Source: Alphaproteobacteria bacterium
Lineage (GTDB): Bacteria; Pseudomonadota; Alphaproteobacteria; SP197
Length of the DNA stretch: 64,000 nucleotides
Reading direction: 5' to 3'
Assembly (NCBI GenBank): GCA_965116515.1
Contig: OZ220705.1
Coordinates: forward strand, 1,697,329 to 1,761,328
The position numbers were made by a program, and so were the translations under genes. The notes below the pieces were generated by a model that was not told the origin of the DNA, searched no databases, and saw only the letters and a program-made list of their open reading frames with translations. Position 1 is the first letter of the stretch; every line of letters starts with the position of its first letter. Below are positions 19,859-29,940 of this stretch, piece after piece.

Positions 19859-20020
19859 TTGACATCGCGGCCCGGGCTCCTCGACTACCGACGCAATCGC
19901 TTCTGCCGAACGTCCCGAGCACCCACCCTGCCCGGAATGGCAATTGACCAGGGTCGCTGGCGTGTTCGGCTCGCAATCTTGTCTTGTGCGGGGTGCCGTG
20001 CTGGAAGAAGGGGCGATCTG

Positions 20021-20662
20021 TCACTCGATGAGGTAGGCGTGCTCCACGAGCCGGGTGACGCCACGTTTCCGCAGGTCCGAGCGGCCGATGATGTCTTCCT
20101 CCCCCAGGTGTCGTATTCGGCGTCGCTCGTCAAAAAGCGCCCGCACTTCCGATTCGGCCACCGGGAAGGGGGGACCGTCGATCTCGTGCTCGGGGTAGAC
20201 CATGGAGATCAGGAGTATCGGAGCTTCGAAGAGTTCGCCGAGGCGCCGCGCATAGCGTTGCCGCATGTCGGGCGGCACGGCGACAAGAGCGGCCCGGTCA
20301 TAGACGGCCTTGACGCCCTCGAGGTCGGTGGCGTCGAGCGCGAAGAAGTCCCCCGCGAACAGGCGGAAACCGGGACTCTCGAAGACGGAATGGCGGCGGT
20401 GCCGCGTCTCGGTGAAGTCGCGACCGTGAGCCTCCAGGAACGTGCGCCCGGCAATGGGGCTGAGGTCGACGCCGAGAACGTGGAGGCCGCGTTCATGGAG
20501 CCACCACATGTCCTCCGCCTTCCCGCACAACGGCACGAAAACGCTGTCCCCGGGCTGCAGTTCCAGACAATCGAAGTGGCGCTTGAGCGCCGCGTTGACC
20601 ACGCCCTCGTGCCAGGGGGTGCTGCCCTCCTGCCAGCGCTCCAGCCAGAACTCTTCCTTCAT
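20021..20662 (-). CDS. tpm: Thiopurine S-methyltransferase
   Basis: FWLERWQEG, VFVPLCGK, GDFFAL, YDRAALVA and GPPF motifs. Confidence 0.9.
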   Translation of the reverse strand: MKEEFWLERWQEGSTPWHEGVVNAALKRHFDCLELQPGDSVFVPLCGKAEDMWWLHERGLHVLGVDLSPIAGRTFLEAHGRDFTETRHRRHSVFESPGFRLFAGDFFALDATDLEGVKAVYDRAALVAVPPDMRQRYARRLGELFEAPILLISMVYPEHEIDGPPFPVAESEVRALFDERRRIRHLGEEDIIGRSDLRKRGVTRLVEHAYLIE

Positions 20663-20785
20663 GGATCGGTCCCTCCGGCGCCCGCAAGCCGGCGTTCCCG
20701 GAGAATGCCGGCAGAGCGGGGCATGCGCCGACCCGGGCGCCGGGCAACAAAAGCCGGATCGGTGGTGAGCATTGTCTGCCCGCGA

Positions 20786-21865
20786 TCAGAAGACGATGAC
20801 GTTGCGCAGGGCCTCGCCGCGTTTGACGGCGGCGATGGCCTCGTTGATCTCGTCGAGGGGATAGGTGCGGGTGATGAGTTCATCGAGCTTGAGCCGGCCC
20901 TCACAATAGAGATCGACCAGTCTCGGCACATCCACCCGGAGCCGGGTCGAGCCCATTTTCGAGCCGAGAATGTTCTGGCCGGTGCCGGCAATGGCCTGGG
21001 TTTCGAAGGCGGAGGTCTCACCAACCGCCGGCAGGCCGACGATGACCGCCGTGCCGCCCGGACGGATCACGTCCATCGCCTCTTCCATGGCCCGGGCATT
21101 GCCGACGGTGATGAAGGCGTAATCGGCCCCGCGGCCACCCGTCAGGCGTCGCACCGCTGCGCCGACATCGCCCTGGGCGCCGTTCACCGTCGCCGTGGCG
21201 CCGAAGGAGAGAGCCGATTCGAGCTTCTCGTCGAGGACATCCACGGCGATGACCTGGCGGGCACCGCAGATGGCCGCCCCCTGGATACTGTTGAGACCGA
21301 CACCCCCGGCACCGATGACGACGACGCTGCAGCCGGCGGGAATTCGCGCCGTCCCGGCCACGGCGCCAAACCCGGTGATGACGCCGCAGGCGAGAAGCGA
21401 GGCACTTTCCAGGGGCATGGACCGCGGCACCGCCACCACCTGTGAATGGTGCACGACAACCTCTTCGGCAAAGCCGCCGGTGCGCAGGCCCTGGAGCACC
21501 GGCGTACCGTTCTTCGTGTGCAAGCGTCCCTTGCGGTCCACGGGGAACTCTGCCTCGCACAGGTAGGGCATGCCCTGGTCGCAATAGAAGCAGTTGCCGC
21601 AGGATCGGATCAGGGTCACGATCACGGGGTCGCCAACCCCGGGAGAGTCGACCCCCGGTCCTGCCTGGACCACCTCACCGGCCGCCTCGTGGCCGTAGAC
21701 CGCCGGCAGCGTGCCGCCCCAGGCCCCTTCCGCGTAGTGGATGTCGCTGTGACAGATGGCGCAGGCGGCGATCTTCACGCGAAGTTCGCCGTCCTGCGGT
21801 GGATCAAGATCAAGATCCTCGATAACCAGAGGCTCGCCAAAGGCGCGGCACACGGCTGCCCTCAT
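20786..21865 (-). CDS. Zn-dependent alcohol dehydrogenase (class III-like MDR), second paralogue
   Basis: CHSD, GHEAAG, CGNCFYC...C and GAGGVG motifs. Confidence 0.9.
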   Translation of the reverse strand: MRAAVCRAFGEPLVIEDLDLDPPQDGELRVKIAACAICHSDIHYAEGAWGGTLPAVYGHEAAGEVVQAGPGVDSPGVGDPVIVTLIRSCGNCFYCDQGMPYLCEAEFPVDRKGRLHTKNGTPVLQGLRTGGFAEEVVVHHSQVVAVPRSMPLESASLLACGVITGFGAVAGTARIPAGCSVVVIGAGGVGLNSIQGAAICGARQVIAVDVLDEKLESALSFGATATVNGAQGDVGAAVRRLTGGRGADYAFITVGNARAMEEAMDVIRPGGTAVIVGLPAVGETSAFETQAIAGTGQNILGSKMGSTRLRVDVPRLVDLYCEGRLKLDELITRTYPLDEINEAIAAVKRGEALRNVIVF

Positions 21866-21889
21866 GACGTGGTCCCCTCGTGACGAACC

Positions 21890-22981
21890 TCACGCCCCGG
21901 CGCGGACCTCCTGATAGAGGTTCTCGTACTTGCTCTCGAACTCCGGTTCGAGAGCCGGGAAGAAGATCGTGTTGGCGATCAGTGACTCCGGATCGGCAAA
22001 GCCGAGCTGGTCGAGGCGCTCCTGGGGCACCAGGTCGTAGGCCGCGAGATTGGCGCTGCCGTAGCCGTAGTTGTCGATCAGCCAGGCCCCCGATTCCGCA
22101 GAGATCCAGGCGTCGATGTAGGTGTAGACGGCCTCGAGGTCCGTCGCGTCCTTGTGGATGATGAAGCCCGACCCCCAGGCGAAGATCCCTTCCTTGGGCA
22201 CCATGTAGCCGACGGGAATGTTCTCGTTCTGCAGGTTCACGAAGGACTGGTTCCACGAGTAGGCGGCGACGATCTCGCCAGCGGCAATGGCCTGTTCCAT
22301 CAGCGTGACGTCGGACCAGTAGAAGCGTGTCAGGTCGCGCTGTTTCTCCATCAGCTTCTGGACCTCGACAAGCTGGTCATCCGACAGCGTCCAGAGGTTG
22401 TCGTACCCCGCCACCAGGGCCGATACGGCGACGGTCGCAGCCGACGTGTCATACCACGCGAGGCGATTCTTGTAGCGCTCGTCGTAGAGAATCTTCCAGG
22501 TATTCTCCTCCAGATACTCCTCGGCAACGAGGTCGGTGCGATAGATCAGAGACGAGTTGCCGAATTCGGCGGGCACGAACCAGCGGGTGCCGTCAATGAT
22601 GGAGCCGTCGATGTCGGCGATGCCCGGCGCGATGGTCGACCAGTTGGAAAGACGGCCGGTGTCGATCGGCTGGATCAGTCCGGCATCGTAGTACCGCTGG
22701 ATCATGTAGTTTCCGGGATGGATGAAGTCCGGGGCGAAGCCGGCGCGGATCTTCTCGAAGGACTCGTCGTCCGAAGCGATGTAGCTGAACTCGGGCGGGC
22801 CACCGTACTTGTCGATGTAACCACCCATCAGTTCGGGCAGATCGTAACCGGCCCACGTATGACCGGAGACTTCCCCGGCGGCACGGGCGTTGCGCGACAG
22901 GATGGGCCAGCTCACGACGCCTACGCCGACCGCCGCCATCGCCTTTGCCAGTTCCCGCCTGTTCATGGTCATGTTCTTCAT
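21890..22981 (-). CDS. PotD/PotF-like ABC substrate-binding protein with Tat signal
   Basis: MNRRELAK Tat motif; TWAGY, LIQPIDTGRLSNW and VPKEG motifs; GAGGAGG RBS. Confidence 0.85.
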   Translation of the reverse strand: MKNMTMNRRELAKAMAAVGVGVVSWPILSRNARAAGEVSGHTWAGYDLPELMGGYIDKYGGPPEFSYIASDDESFEKIRAGFAPDFIHPGNYMIQRYYDAGLIQPIDTGRLSNWSTIAPGIADIDGSIIDGTRWFVPAEFGNSSLIYRTDLVAEEYLEENTWKILYDERYKNRLAWYDTSAATVAVSALVAGYDNLWTLSDDQLVEVQKLMEKQRDLTRFYWSDVTLMEQAIAAGEIVAAYSWNQSFVNLQNENIPVGYMVPKEGIFAWGSGFIIHKDATDLEAVYTYIDAWISAESGAWLIDNYGYGSANLAAYDLVPQERLDQLGFADPESLIANTIFFPALEPEFESKYENLYQEVRAGA

Positions 22982-23060
22982 GATCGTCCTCCTCAAGTTC
23001 TGGATCACATGCGGCTTGCAGTCATTCCCTGCAACGGTTCCTGCATGGCTGTCGCAAACC

Positions 23061-23135
23061 TGGAGCGGGCGATGGGATTCGAACCCACGACCCCAACCTT
23101 GGCAAGGTTGTGCTCTACCCCTGAGCTACGCCCGC
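23061..23135 (-). tRNA. tRNA-Gly(GCC)
   Basis: GCGGGCGTAGCTCAGGGGTAGAGCACAACCTTGCCAAGGTTGGGGTCGTGGGTTCGAATCCCATCGCCCGCTCCA folds as a cloverleaf with encoded CCA. Confidence 0.97.
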
Positions 23136-23181
23136 CCGGTCACAAGCCGGAACGCATCCCTACACCACGGCCGCCGGTGGC

Positions 23182-23262
23182 CGCAAGCACATTGCGCGGG
23201 GAGGGGCACGGATCGAGAAATCACCCGGACCGGATCGGTGAACGCAAGCACATTGCGCGGGG
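23182..23262. repeat. 20-bp direct repeat containing the palindrome CGCAA-N5-TTGCG
   Basis: CGCAAGCACATTGCGCGGGG occurs at 23182-23201 and 23243-23262. Confidence 0.85.
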
Positions 23263-23280
23263 GAGGGCAGTGGGGCGAAG

Positions 23281-24165
23281 ATGGGACGAGAGGCAAGCTC
23301 CGGAGTGCCGCCTGTGACCGCTGCCAGATCGAGACGCAGTTTCATCTTCATGCCCGGTCTCAAACCCGGGATGTTCCCCAAGGCGGTCTCGTCGGGCGCC
23401 GATATCGTATGCATCGATCTCGAGGACGCGATCCATCCGCGCGACAAGGCGAGTGCGCGGGAGCGCACGTTCGAACTCCTGGCGTCGCTCCCCGAGTCAG
23501 GCGTCACCGAGATCGTCCTGCGGATCAACTCCCTTGCCTCGAGCGAGGGCCTCAAGGACCTCGGCGCCGTGATCGATGCCGGCCGGTGCGGCCCTCCCTC
23601 CCTGATGCTCCCCAAGGTGGCCAACCGGGAGCAGGTCGCCCTCGTTGCCGACCACCTCGATGCGGCCGGTCTCGATACCACGCTGCACGTCATCATCGAA
23701 TCGGCCGAAGGACTGGAGAACGCCGCCGCCATTGCCGGATCGGGTCCGCGGCTGCAGTCACTCTTCTTCGGCGCCATCGACTATTCCTCCGACATCGGGG
23801 CCAGCAACACCTGGGAGGCGATGCTGTTTGCGCGTTCCAGGGTCGTTCAGGCGGCGGCCCTGGCCGGTCTTGACGCCATCGATGTTCCCTGGCTCGACCT
23901 TGACGACATGGCAGGCATGAAGGCCGAAGCCGAGGCGAGCCGGGCAACCGGTTTCGTCGGCAAGGGAGCCATTCACCCTCGCCAGATTCCTGTCATCCAC
24001 GAAGTGTTCAGCCCGTCACCAGGTGAAATCGAGGAAGCGCGCCGTATCGTGGAGGCCTTTGACGAGGCCGCCACGGGTCTGGTGGTGATCGATGGCAAGC
24101 TCATCGAAAGGCCCGTGCTGCGGGCCATGGAACGCGTTCTCGAACAAGCCAGACGCATGGACTGA
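23281..24165 (+). CDS. CitE/HpcH-HpaI family acyl-CoA lyase
   Basis: RSFIFMPG, DLEDAI, IIES, FGAIDY, GKGAIHPRQI and DGKLIERP motifs. Start uncertain. Confidence 0.88.
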   Translation: MGREASSGVPPVTAARSRRSFIFMPGLKPGMFPKAVSSGADIVCIDLEDAIHPRDKASARERTFELLASLPESGVTEIVLRINSLASSEGLKDLGAVIDAGRCGPPSLMLPKVANREQVALVADHLDAAGLDTTLHVIIESAEGLENAAAIAGSGPRLQSLFFGAIDYSSDIGASNTWEAMLFARSRVVQAAALAGLDAIDVPWLDLDDMAGMKAEAEASRATGFVGKGAIHPRQIPVIHEVFSPSPGEIEEARRIVEAFDEAATGLVVIDGKLIERPVLRAMERVLEQARRMD

Positions 24166-24218
24166 ATTCGGCCCGGGGCGGGCCACATAAAGAGGCGAAC
24201 TGATCAGGGAGTGACCCC

Positions 24219-24848
24219 ATGGCCGCAGAGATCGTGTTCTACACCCATCCCATGTCGCGGGGACGGATCGTGCGCTGGATGCTGGAAGAAATCGGTATCG
24301 ACTACACCACCGAAATCATCGAGTACGGGCGTCCGATGAAGTCCCCCGACTACCTCTCGATCAATCCCATGGGCAAGATTCCGGCACTCAGGCACGGGCC
24401 CGCGGTCGTCACGGAAGCGGCGGCCATCTGCGCCTACCTTGCCGATGCCTTCCCCGAGGCCGGTCTGGCGCCCCCTCCTGGTGCACGCGGCCCCTACTAC
24501 CGGTGGCTCTTCTTCGGCGCCGGTCCGCTCGAAGCGTCCACCACGAACCGGCATTTCGGGTTCACGGTGCCCGAGGATGGCATAGGCATGATCGGCTTCG
24601 GCACCTGGGATCTGGTCATGGACGTCCTGGAACAAACCCTGGCAGGGGGCGGTCATGTCGCCGGCGGGAATTTCTCGGCGGCGGACATCTACATCGGCTG
24701 CCAGATCGGCTGGGGCATGCAGTACGGAACCGTCGACAAACGCCCGGCCTTCGAGGACTACTGGGCGAGACTGAGCGCCCGGGAAGCCTGCCGCCGCGCC
24801 AATGCCATCGATGACGAGCTGATGGCCGACTTCAAGGTGCCGTTTTAG
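24219..24848 (+). CDS. Glutathione S-transferase family protein
   Basis: [35 protein letters not shown] and FSAAD motifs. Confidence 0.9.
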   Translation: MAAEIVFYTHPMSRGRIVRWMLEEIGIDYTTEIIEYGRPMKSPDYLSINPMGKIPALRHGPAVVTEAAAICAYLADAFPEAGLAPPPGARGPYYRWLFFGAGPLEASTTNRHFGFTVPEDGIGMIGFGTWDLVMDVLEQTLAGGGHVAGGNFSAADIYIGCQIGWGMQYGTVDKRPAFEDYWARLSAREACRRANAIDDELMADFKVPF

Positions 24849-24856
24849 AACCCGCC

Positions 24857-25963
24857 ATGATCATCACCCGCCTGGAAACGTTCACCAACCGCTGGGTCGG
24901 CTTCGTGAGGGTGACGACCGATACCGGCGACGAGGGCTGGGGTCAGATGTCGACCTACAACGCCGACATCACGGCCGGGGTCTTCCACCGCCAGGTCGCA
25001 CCCCATGCCCTCGGGCACGACGCCCGTGACTTTGCTCCGCTCATCGAGCTGATACCCCTGCGCGAGCACAAGTTTCCGGGATCCTATCTCAGACGCGCCA
25101 TGGCCGGTCTCGATACCGCGCTGTGGGACCTCGCCGGAAGGCTCGAGGGCAAGCCGGTCACCGTTCTGATTGGCGGCACACCGGGTCCGTTGCGTGCCTA
25201 TGCAAGCTCGATGAAGCGTCAGATCGGACCGCGGGACGAGGCCGACCGGCTCTGTCGCCTGCGTGACGAGAAGGGGTTTGATGCCTTCAAGTTCCGGGTT
25301 GGTGCCGAATGCGGCCGCGACGTGGACGAGTGGCCGGGGCGCACCGAGGAGATTGTCCCCGTGGTGTCGCGGGCACTTGGTGATGGTGTGGCGCGCCTGG
25401 TCGATGCCAACTCCGGATTTTCCCCGGCGCGGGCCATCGAGGTGGGATCCATGCTGGAGGGGGAAGGTGTGTCCCACTTCGAGGAGCCGTGCCCCTACTG
25501 GGAGGTCGACGAAACGCGTGAGGTGACGCGGGCGCTGGCGATCGACGTCACGGGCGGAGAACAGGACTGCGACCTGGCCCAGTGGCGGCGTATCATCGAC
25601 ACCCGTGCTGTCGATATCGTGCAGCCCGACATCATGTACATGGGCGGGCTGACGCGCACCCTCGAGGTGGCCGGCATGGCGGCGTCGGCGGGGCTGCCCT
25701 GCACGCCGCACTGCGCCAACCTGACCCTCGTGACCGTCTGCACCATGCATCTTCTCCCCGCTCTCGCCAACGCCGGGAAGTACCTGGAATTCTCCATCGA
25801 GGGCGCTGACTACTATCCCTGGCAGCAGGGTCTCTTTGTTGGCGATCCCTTCCGCATCGAGGATGGCAGGGTGACCGTGCCGGATGCGCCGGGCTGGGGC
25901 GTGGACATTCACCCGGACTGGCTGCAGCGGGCCGACTACCAGGAGAGTTCCCTCGAGTCGTGA
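24857..25963 (+). CDS. Mandelate racemase/muconate lactonizing enzyme family (enolase superfamily)
   Basis: DTALWDL, KFR, VDANS, FEEP, GGEQD, QPD and PGWGV motifs. Confidence 0.88.
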   Translation: MIITRLETFTNRWVGFVRVTTDTGDEGWGQMSTYNADITAGVFHRQVAPHALGHDARDFAPLIELIPLREHKFPGSYLRRAMAGLDTALWDLAGRLEGKPVTVLIGGTPGPLRAYASSMKRQIGPRDEADRLCRLRDEKGFDAFKFRVGAECGRDVDEWPGRTEEIVPVVSRALGDGVARLVDANSGFSPARAIEVGSMLEGEGVSHFEEPCPYWEVDETREVTRALAIDVTGGEQDCDLAQWRRIIDTRAVDIVQPDIMYMGGLTRTLEVAGMAASAGLPCTPHCANLTLVTVCTMHLLPALANAGKYLEFSIEGADYYPWQQGLFVGDPFRIEDGRVTVPDAPGWGVDIHPDWLQRADYQESSLES

Positions 25964-26171
25964 TCCGAACGGGGTGCCGAAAGATCGTCGACGAAGCGGT
26001 CGAAACCGGCAATGAAGGTCGCGGGATCCTCACCGCCCTGGCGCGGCGCCAAGTCCTCGGGAGCACCCCTGATCTCAACAGGGCGCCTCGGGGCAGTTGC
26101 CGGCACGTGTATCCGGCGCATGCAGGCCTTCAACGTCGACAACCTGCCGGCCGGACCATAGGGTCACTGCC

Positions 26172-27512
26172 ATGAGAACGTGGATCAGGTCGCCGCTGGC
26201 AATTCTCGCCGATGACTGCGAGGGCGGTGTCGTCGTCGAGGATGAGAGGATCGTCGAGTGCCTGGCACGTGGCAGCGCTCCGTCGTGTGCATGTGACGGT
26301 ATCTTCGATGCCTCCCGGCACGTGGTCCTGCCGGGACTGGTCAATGCCCATCACCACTTCTACCAGACGCTGACGCGCGCTCTCGCCCTCGATCGCGGCC
26401 TCTTCGACTGGCTGCAGGCGCTCTATCCCGTCTGGACGCACCTTGATCCCCACCACCTCGACTGTGCGGCCCGCCTGGCGCTGGCGGAACTGCTGCTGTC
26501 GGGAACCACGACGGCGGCAGACCATCACTACGTCTTTCCCGCCGGCCTCGCGCAAGCGATCGACATCGAGGCCGGCGCGGCGCGGTCCCTGGGCGTGCGG
26601 GTGACCCTGACGCGGGGATCGATGAATCTCGCCGAGGAGGATGGAGGCTTGCCACCGCGGAGCATTGTCGAGGACCGCGACGCCATTCTCGCCGACAGCG
26701 AACGGGTGATCGACACCCTGCACGACGCGACCGAGGGAGCCCTCGTGCAGATTGCGCTGGCGCCCTGTTCCCCCTTTTCCGTCACCCCCGACATCATGCG
26801 GGAGACGGCGGATCTGGCGGAAGAGAAGGGGGTCCGTCTCCACACCCACCTCGGTGAAACCCTGGACGAGAACCGTTTCTGTGAACAGAACTTCGGGTGC
26901 CGTCCGCTCGACCATGTCGAGAGCCTGGGCTGGTTGACCGGACGGGCGTGGTTTGCCCACGGAATCCACTTCACCGATGACGAGATCTCAAGGGTGGGCA
27001 GGGCCGGTGCCGGCATCGCCCACTGCCCGGGGTCCAACATGATCCTGGGATCGGGGCTGTGCCGCGCGCCTGAACTCGAGGAGGCCGGATCTCCCGTGGG
27101 CATCGGTGTCGATGGTTCGGCGTCCCAGGATGCGTCGAACATGATCCAGGAAGTGCGTCTGGCGCTTCAGGTCGAACGCCTGCGCTATGGAGCCTCCAGG
27201 GTCAGCCACAAGGATGTGCTGCGCTGGGCAACGCAAGGCTCCGCCGCATGCCTGGGACGCGACGACATTGGCCGGATTGAAGAGGGACGCCAGGCCGATC
27301 TGGCCCTCTTCACGCTGGATGAACCGCGGTTCTCCGGGGCCCACGATCCGGTGGCTGCCCTGGTGCTGTGCGGCGCCCACCGGGCCGACCGGGTCATGGT
27401 GGCGGGCCGGTGGCGGGTCATCGACGGCGCCGTCGTCGGCCTCGATCTCGAACGTCTGATGGCGCAACACGACGAGGCGGCCCGCTCACTGCTGCGCGCG
27501 GCCGACGTCTGA
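26172..27512 (+). CDS. 8-oxoguanine deaminase-like amidohydrolase
   Basis: NAHHHFYQTLTRA, DHHYVFP, APCSPFSV, HTHLGET and GVDGSAS motifs. Confidence 0.85.
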   Translation: MRTWIRSPLAILADDCEGGVVVEDERIVECLARGSAPSCACDGIFDASRHVVLPGLVNAHHHFYQTLTRALALDRGLFDWLQALYPVWTHLDPHHLDCAARLALAELLLSGTTTAADHHYVFPAGLAQAIDIEAGAARSLGVRVTLTRGSMNLAEEDGGLPPRSIVEDRDAILADSERVIDTLHDATEGALVQIALAPCSPFSVTPDIMRETADLAEEKGVRLHTHLGETLDENRFCEQNFGCRPLDHVESLGWLTGRAWFAHGIHFTDDEISRVGRAGAGIAHCPGSNMILGSGLCRAPELEEAGSPVGIGVDGSASQDASNMIQEVRLALQVERLRYGASRVSHKDVLRWATQGSAACLGRDDIGRIEEGRQADLALFTLDEPRFSGAHDPVAALVLCGAHRADRVMVAGRWRVIDGAVVGLDLERLMAQHDEAARSLLRAADV

Positions 27513-27519
27513 GGCCGTC

Positions 27520-28392
27520 TCAGTTTCGGTTGGCGGCCCTGCCTCCGGTCCACCGGCGGTCCTCTTCCGCCACGCCGGAAAAGTAGGCGCCGGCGCGTTC
27601 TACGGTCACCTTGCGCCACAGGGCGACCGCTTCCGGCGAGGCGTCCGTGCGGGGCCTGGGAACCGGTGTGTAGTGACCGTAGGCATCTTCTCCGCAAACG
27701 AGCTGAGCATGGTCGCGTTCGATGACCACCGGCCGCATCGCCGGAGTGGCGAAACGCACCACCAGGCCGACGCGCCGGTGCGGCGAACGATTGGGGTCGG
27801 ATGCGTGCATGGTGAGACCGTGGTGAACGGACATTTCGCCAGCCTTGAGTTCACCGACTCTCGCCCGGCTCTCGTCAATCTCCCACTTCACGTTCTGGCC
27901 CCGGGTCAGGAGGTTGTCGGTTTCGAAGGTGTCTTCGTGGGCGACGAGACCGGCCCGGTGTGATCCGGGAAGAAAGCGCATGCATCCCATGGCGCCCGTG
28001 GCGTCGGTCAGGGCGATCCACGCCGTGACGGCATCGTGGGAATCGACCCCCCAGTAGCGAAGATCCTGGTGCCAGCTGACATATCCTTGCGAGTGGGCCT
28101 CCTTGATGAAGACATCGCTGTCCCAGACGATGAGATCGTCACCGAGCAGTTGGCGCACCACGTCGAGAACACGCGGATGACGCACCATGTCGTCAACGCA
28201 GCGCATGACGAGGTGGCTTCCCGTGCGGAACATCTCGGCCACCGGCAGATCGGCGGCATGGGTCCGCGCGAACGCATCGACCCTCTCGAGGACGGCGGCA
28301 GCGGCATCCGCCTCGAGAACCCTCGCACCGGCGATGAAGCCGTCACGCCGGAACGTGTCGGCAAGCGCCGAATCCCCGGTGTCAACCATCAC
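27520..28392 (-). CDS. PhyH-family Fe(II)/2-oxoglutarate dioxygenase
   Basis: FRRDG, FIKE, VSWHQDLRYWG and HHGLTMHASDPNRS..RR motifs. Confidence 0.88.
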   Translation of the reverse strand: MMVDTGDSALADTFRRDGFIAGARVLEADAAAAVLERVDAFARTHAADLPVAEMFRTGSHLVMRCVDDMVRHPRVLDVVRQLLGDDLIVWDSDVFIKEAHSQGYVSWHQDLRYWGVDSHDAVTAWIALTDATGAMGCMRFLPGSHRAGLVAHEDTFETDNLLTRGQNVKWEIDESRARVGELKAGEMSVHHGLTMHASDPNRSPHRRVGLVVRFATPAMRPVVIERDHAQLVCGEDAYGHYTPVPRPRTDASPEAVALWRKVTVERAGAYFSGVAEEDRRWTGGRAANRN

Positions 28393-28395
28393 GCG

Positions 28396-29940
28396 TCACG
28401 GCTGGCGCGTCATCTCGTACCAGAACACGATCGCCGAATAGGGCGGCACGGGTACCAGGCCCTCGATGTCGCTGCCGTGGGCGATGATGAGCGGCGCATC
28501 CATGGCGAAGATCGATACCGCTTCCTCGTGCAGGATGCGCTGCGCTTCCACCCACGTCGCGCCGGCGGCGCCGGCGTCCGTGGCTTCCTGCCCCCAGGCC
28601 TCGAACACGAGGCTGTCGAATGCGGGATTGTTGTAGCCAATGGCCGGGAACCAGCCGTAGGGCGAACTGGTGAAGATGATGAGCCAGGCGTAGGGCGAGG
28701 GCACGTCACCGGAAGCGGCGACCACGAAGACGTCGTAGTCCTCGTTGTCGGGGTTGAAGGCACTGTCCCAGAAGGCGCCACCGGACAGCTGGCGAATGTT
28801 GAGTGTCACCCCGACTTCGGCCAGGGCCGACTGCCACAGGCGTACCGCCTCCGCCACTTCCTTGGAACCGGCCGAGACCGCGAGATCAAGCTCGAACCCG
28901 TCACCGAAACCGGCTTCGGCGAGCATGGCACCGGCGGCATCGAGATCCTGTTTCCAGGAGGGGAAGTCGTCCGGGGGTGTCCACAACGCTGTCGGTCCGG
29001 AGCCGGCGCTGACCCGGCCGTGACCGAGAAACACCCCTTCATGGACATCAGCATAGGGAAAGGTCATCGCCAGAGCCCGGCGCACCGACCGGTCGTCAAG
29101 CGGCGGATTGCTGTGATCGAAGGCGAAGATGAGCTGCGCCAGCGGCAGATAGGGCAGGACCACGAGATCGTCCACACTCTCGAGACTGGCCATCGAATCG
29201 AAGGGAAGATGGGTTGTCAGGTCGACCTCGCCGGAACGAATGAGCTGATCGCGCACGGTCGGGTCCTCGACGATGAGGTAGACAATCTTGGTGAACTGGC
29301 CCTCTTCCCAGCCTCCCCAGTAGCCGGGATAGCGATCGATAACGGCACGGGTTCCGGGTTCGAAGCCGGCAACGAAGTAGGGACCCGTACCGGCATCGTT
29401 TCCTTCGGCCCACCACTCGGGAGGCTGGTCCACCGCCTCGGCCTTGTAGATGAACATGCCGTACTGCGCCGACACGATGAGCGGCACGTTGCGCGGTTCG
29501 CTGGCGATGAAGCGCACCGTCATGTCGTCGACCACTTCGATCGATTCGATGCCGATGAAGTCGTAGGCGACCATGCCGACCGCGATGTTGCGATCGAGCG
29601 ATGCCTTGACGTCAGCGGCCGTGAAGGGCGATCCGTCGTGGAATGTGACGCCCTCGCGCAGTGTGAACGTCCACTCGGTACCCTCGGCATTGGAGTCCCA
29701 GGACGTGGCAAGCACCCCGACGATGCCTTCGTCCTCGGTCCAGCGGGTGAGGGTCTCATACACGTTGAAGCCGAGCGTCGTGTCCCAGCTCAGCATGTAG
29801 GGAGGATCGAGCGAGGGCAGTTCACCGGGAATGGCCTGGAAGGCGATGTTCTCGGTGATGTCCTGTGCCTCGAGTGGCCCCATGCCGACCGACAGTGCGG
29901 TGACGGCGGCGATGACCGGTCCGCGGACATACCTGTTCAT
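28396..29940 (-). CDS. Family 5 (Dpp/Opp-type) ABC substrate-binding protein
   Basis: Signal peptide; SLDP, LATSW, LREGVTFHDGSPFTAADV and GTGPY motifs; GGGGAGG RBS. Alternative start 29946. Confidence 0.9.
   Translation of the reverse strand: MNRYVRGPVIAAVTALSVGMGPLEAQDITENIAFQAIPGELPSLDPPYMLSWDTTLGFNVYETLTRWTEDEGIVGVLATSWDSNAEGTEWTFTLREGVTFHDGSPFTAADVKASLDRNIAVGMVAYDFIGIESIEVVDDMTVRFIASEPRNVPLIVSAQYGMFIYKAEAVDQPPEWWAEGNDAGTGPYFVAGFEPGTRAVIDRYPGYWGGWEEGQFTKIVYLIVEDPTVRDQLIRSGEVDLTTHLPFDSMASLESVDDLVVLPYLPLAQLIFAFDHSNPPLDDRSVRRALAMTFPYADVHEGVFLGHGRVSAGSGPTALWTPPDDFPSWKQDLDAAGAMLAEAGFGDGFELDLAVSAGSKEVAEAVRLWQSALAEVGVTLNIRQLSGGAFWDSAFNPDNEDYDVFVVAASGDVPSPYAWLIIFTSSPYGWFPAIGYNNPAFDSLVFEAWGQEATDAGAAGATWVEAQRILHEEAVSIFAMDAPLIIAHGSDIEGLVPVPPYSAIVFWYEMTRQP

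Noticed and set aside
25964-26171. Purine or xanthine riboswitch upstream of the 8-oxoguanine deaminase-like gene
   Set aside because: Only a generic GGGGTGC/GCACCCC pairing was seen, with no recognisable aptamer core.
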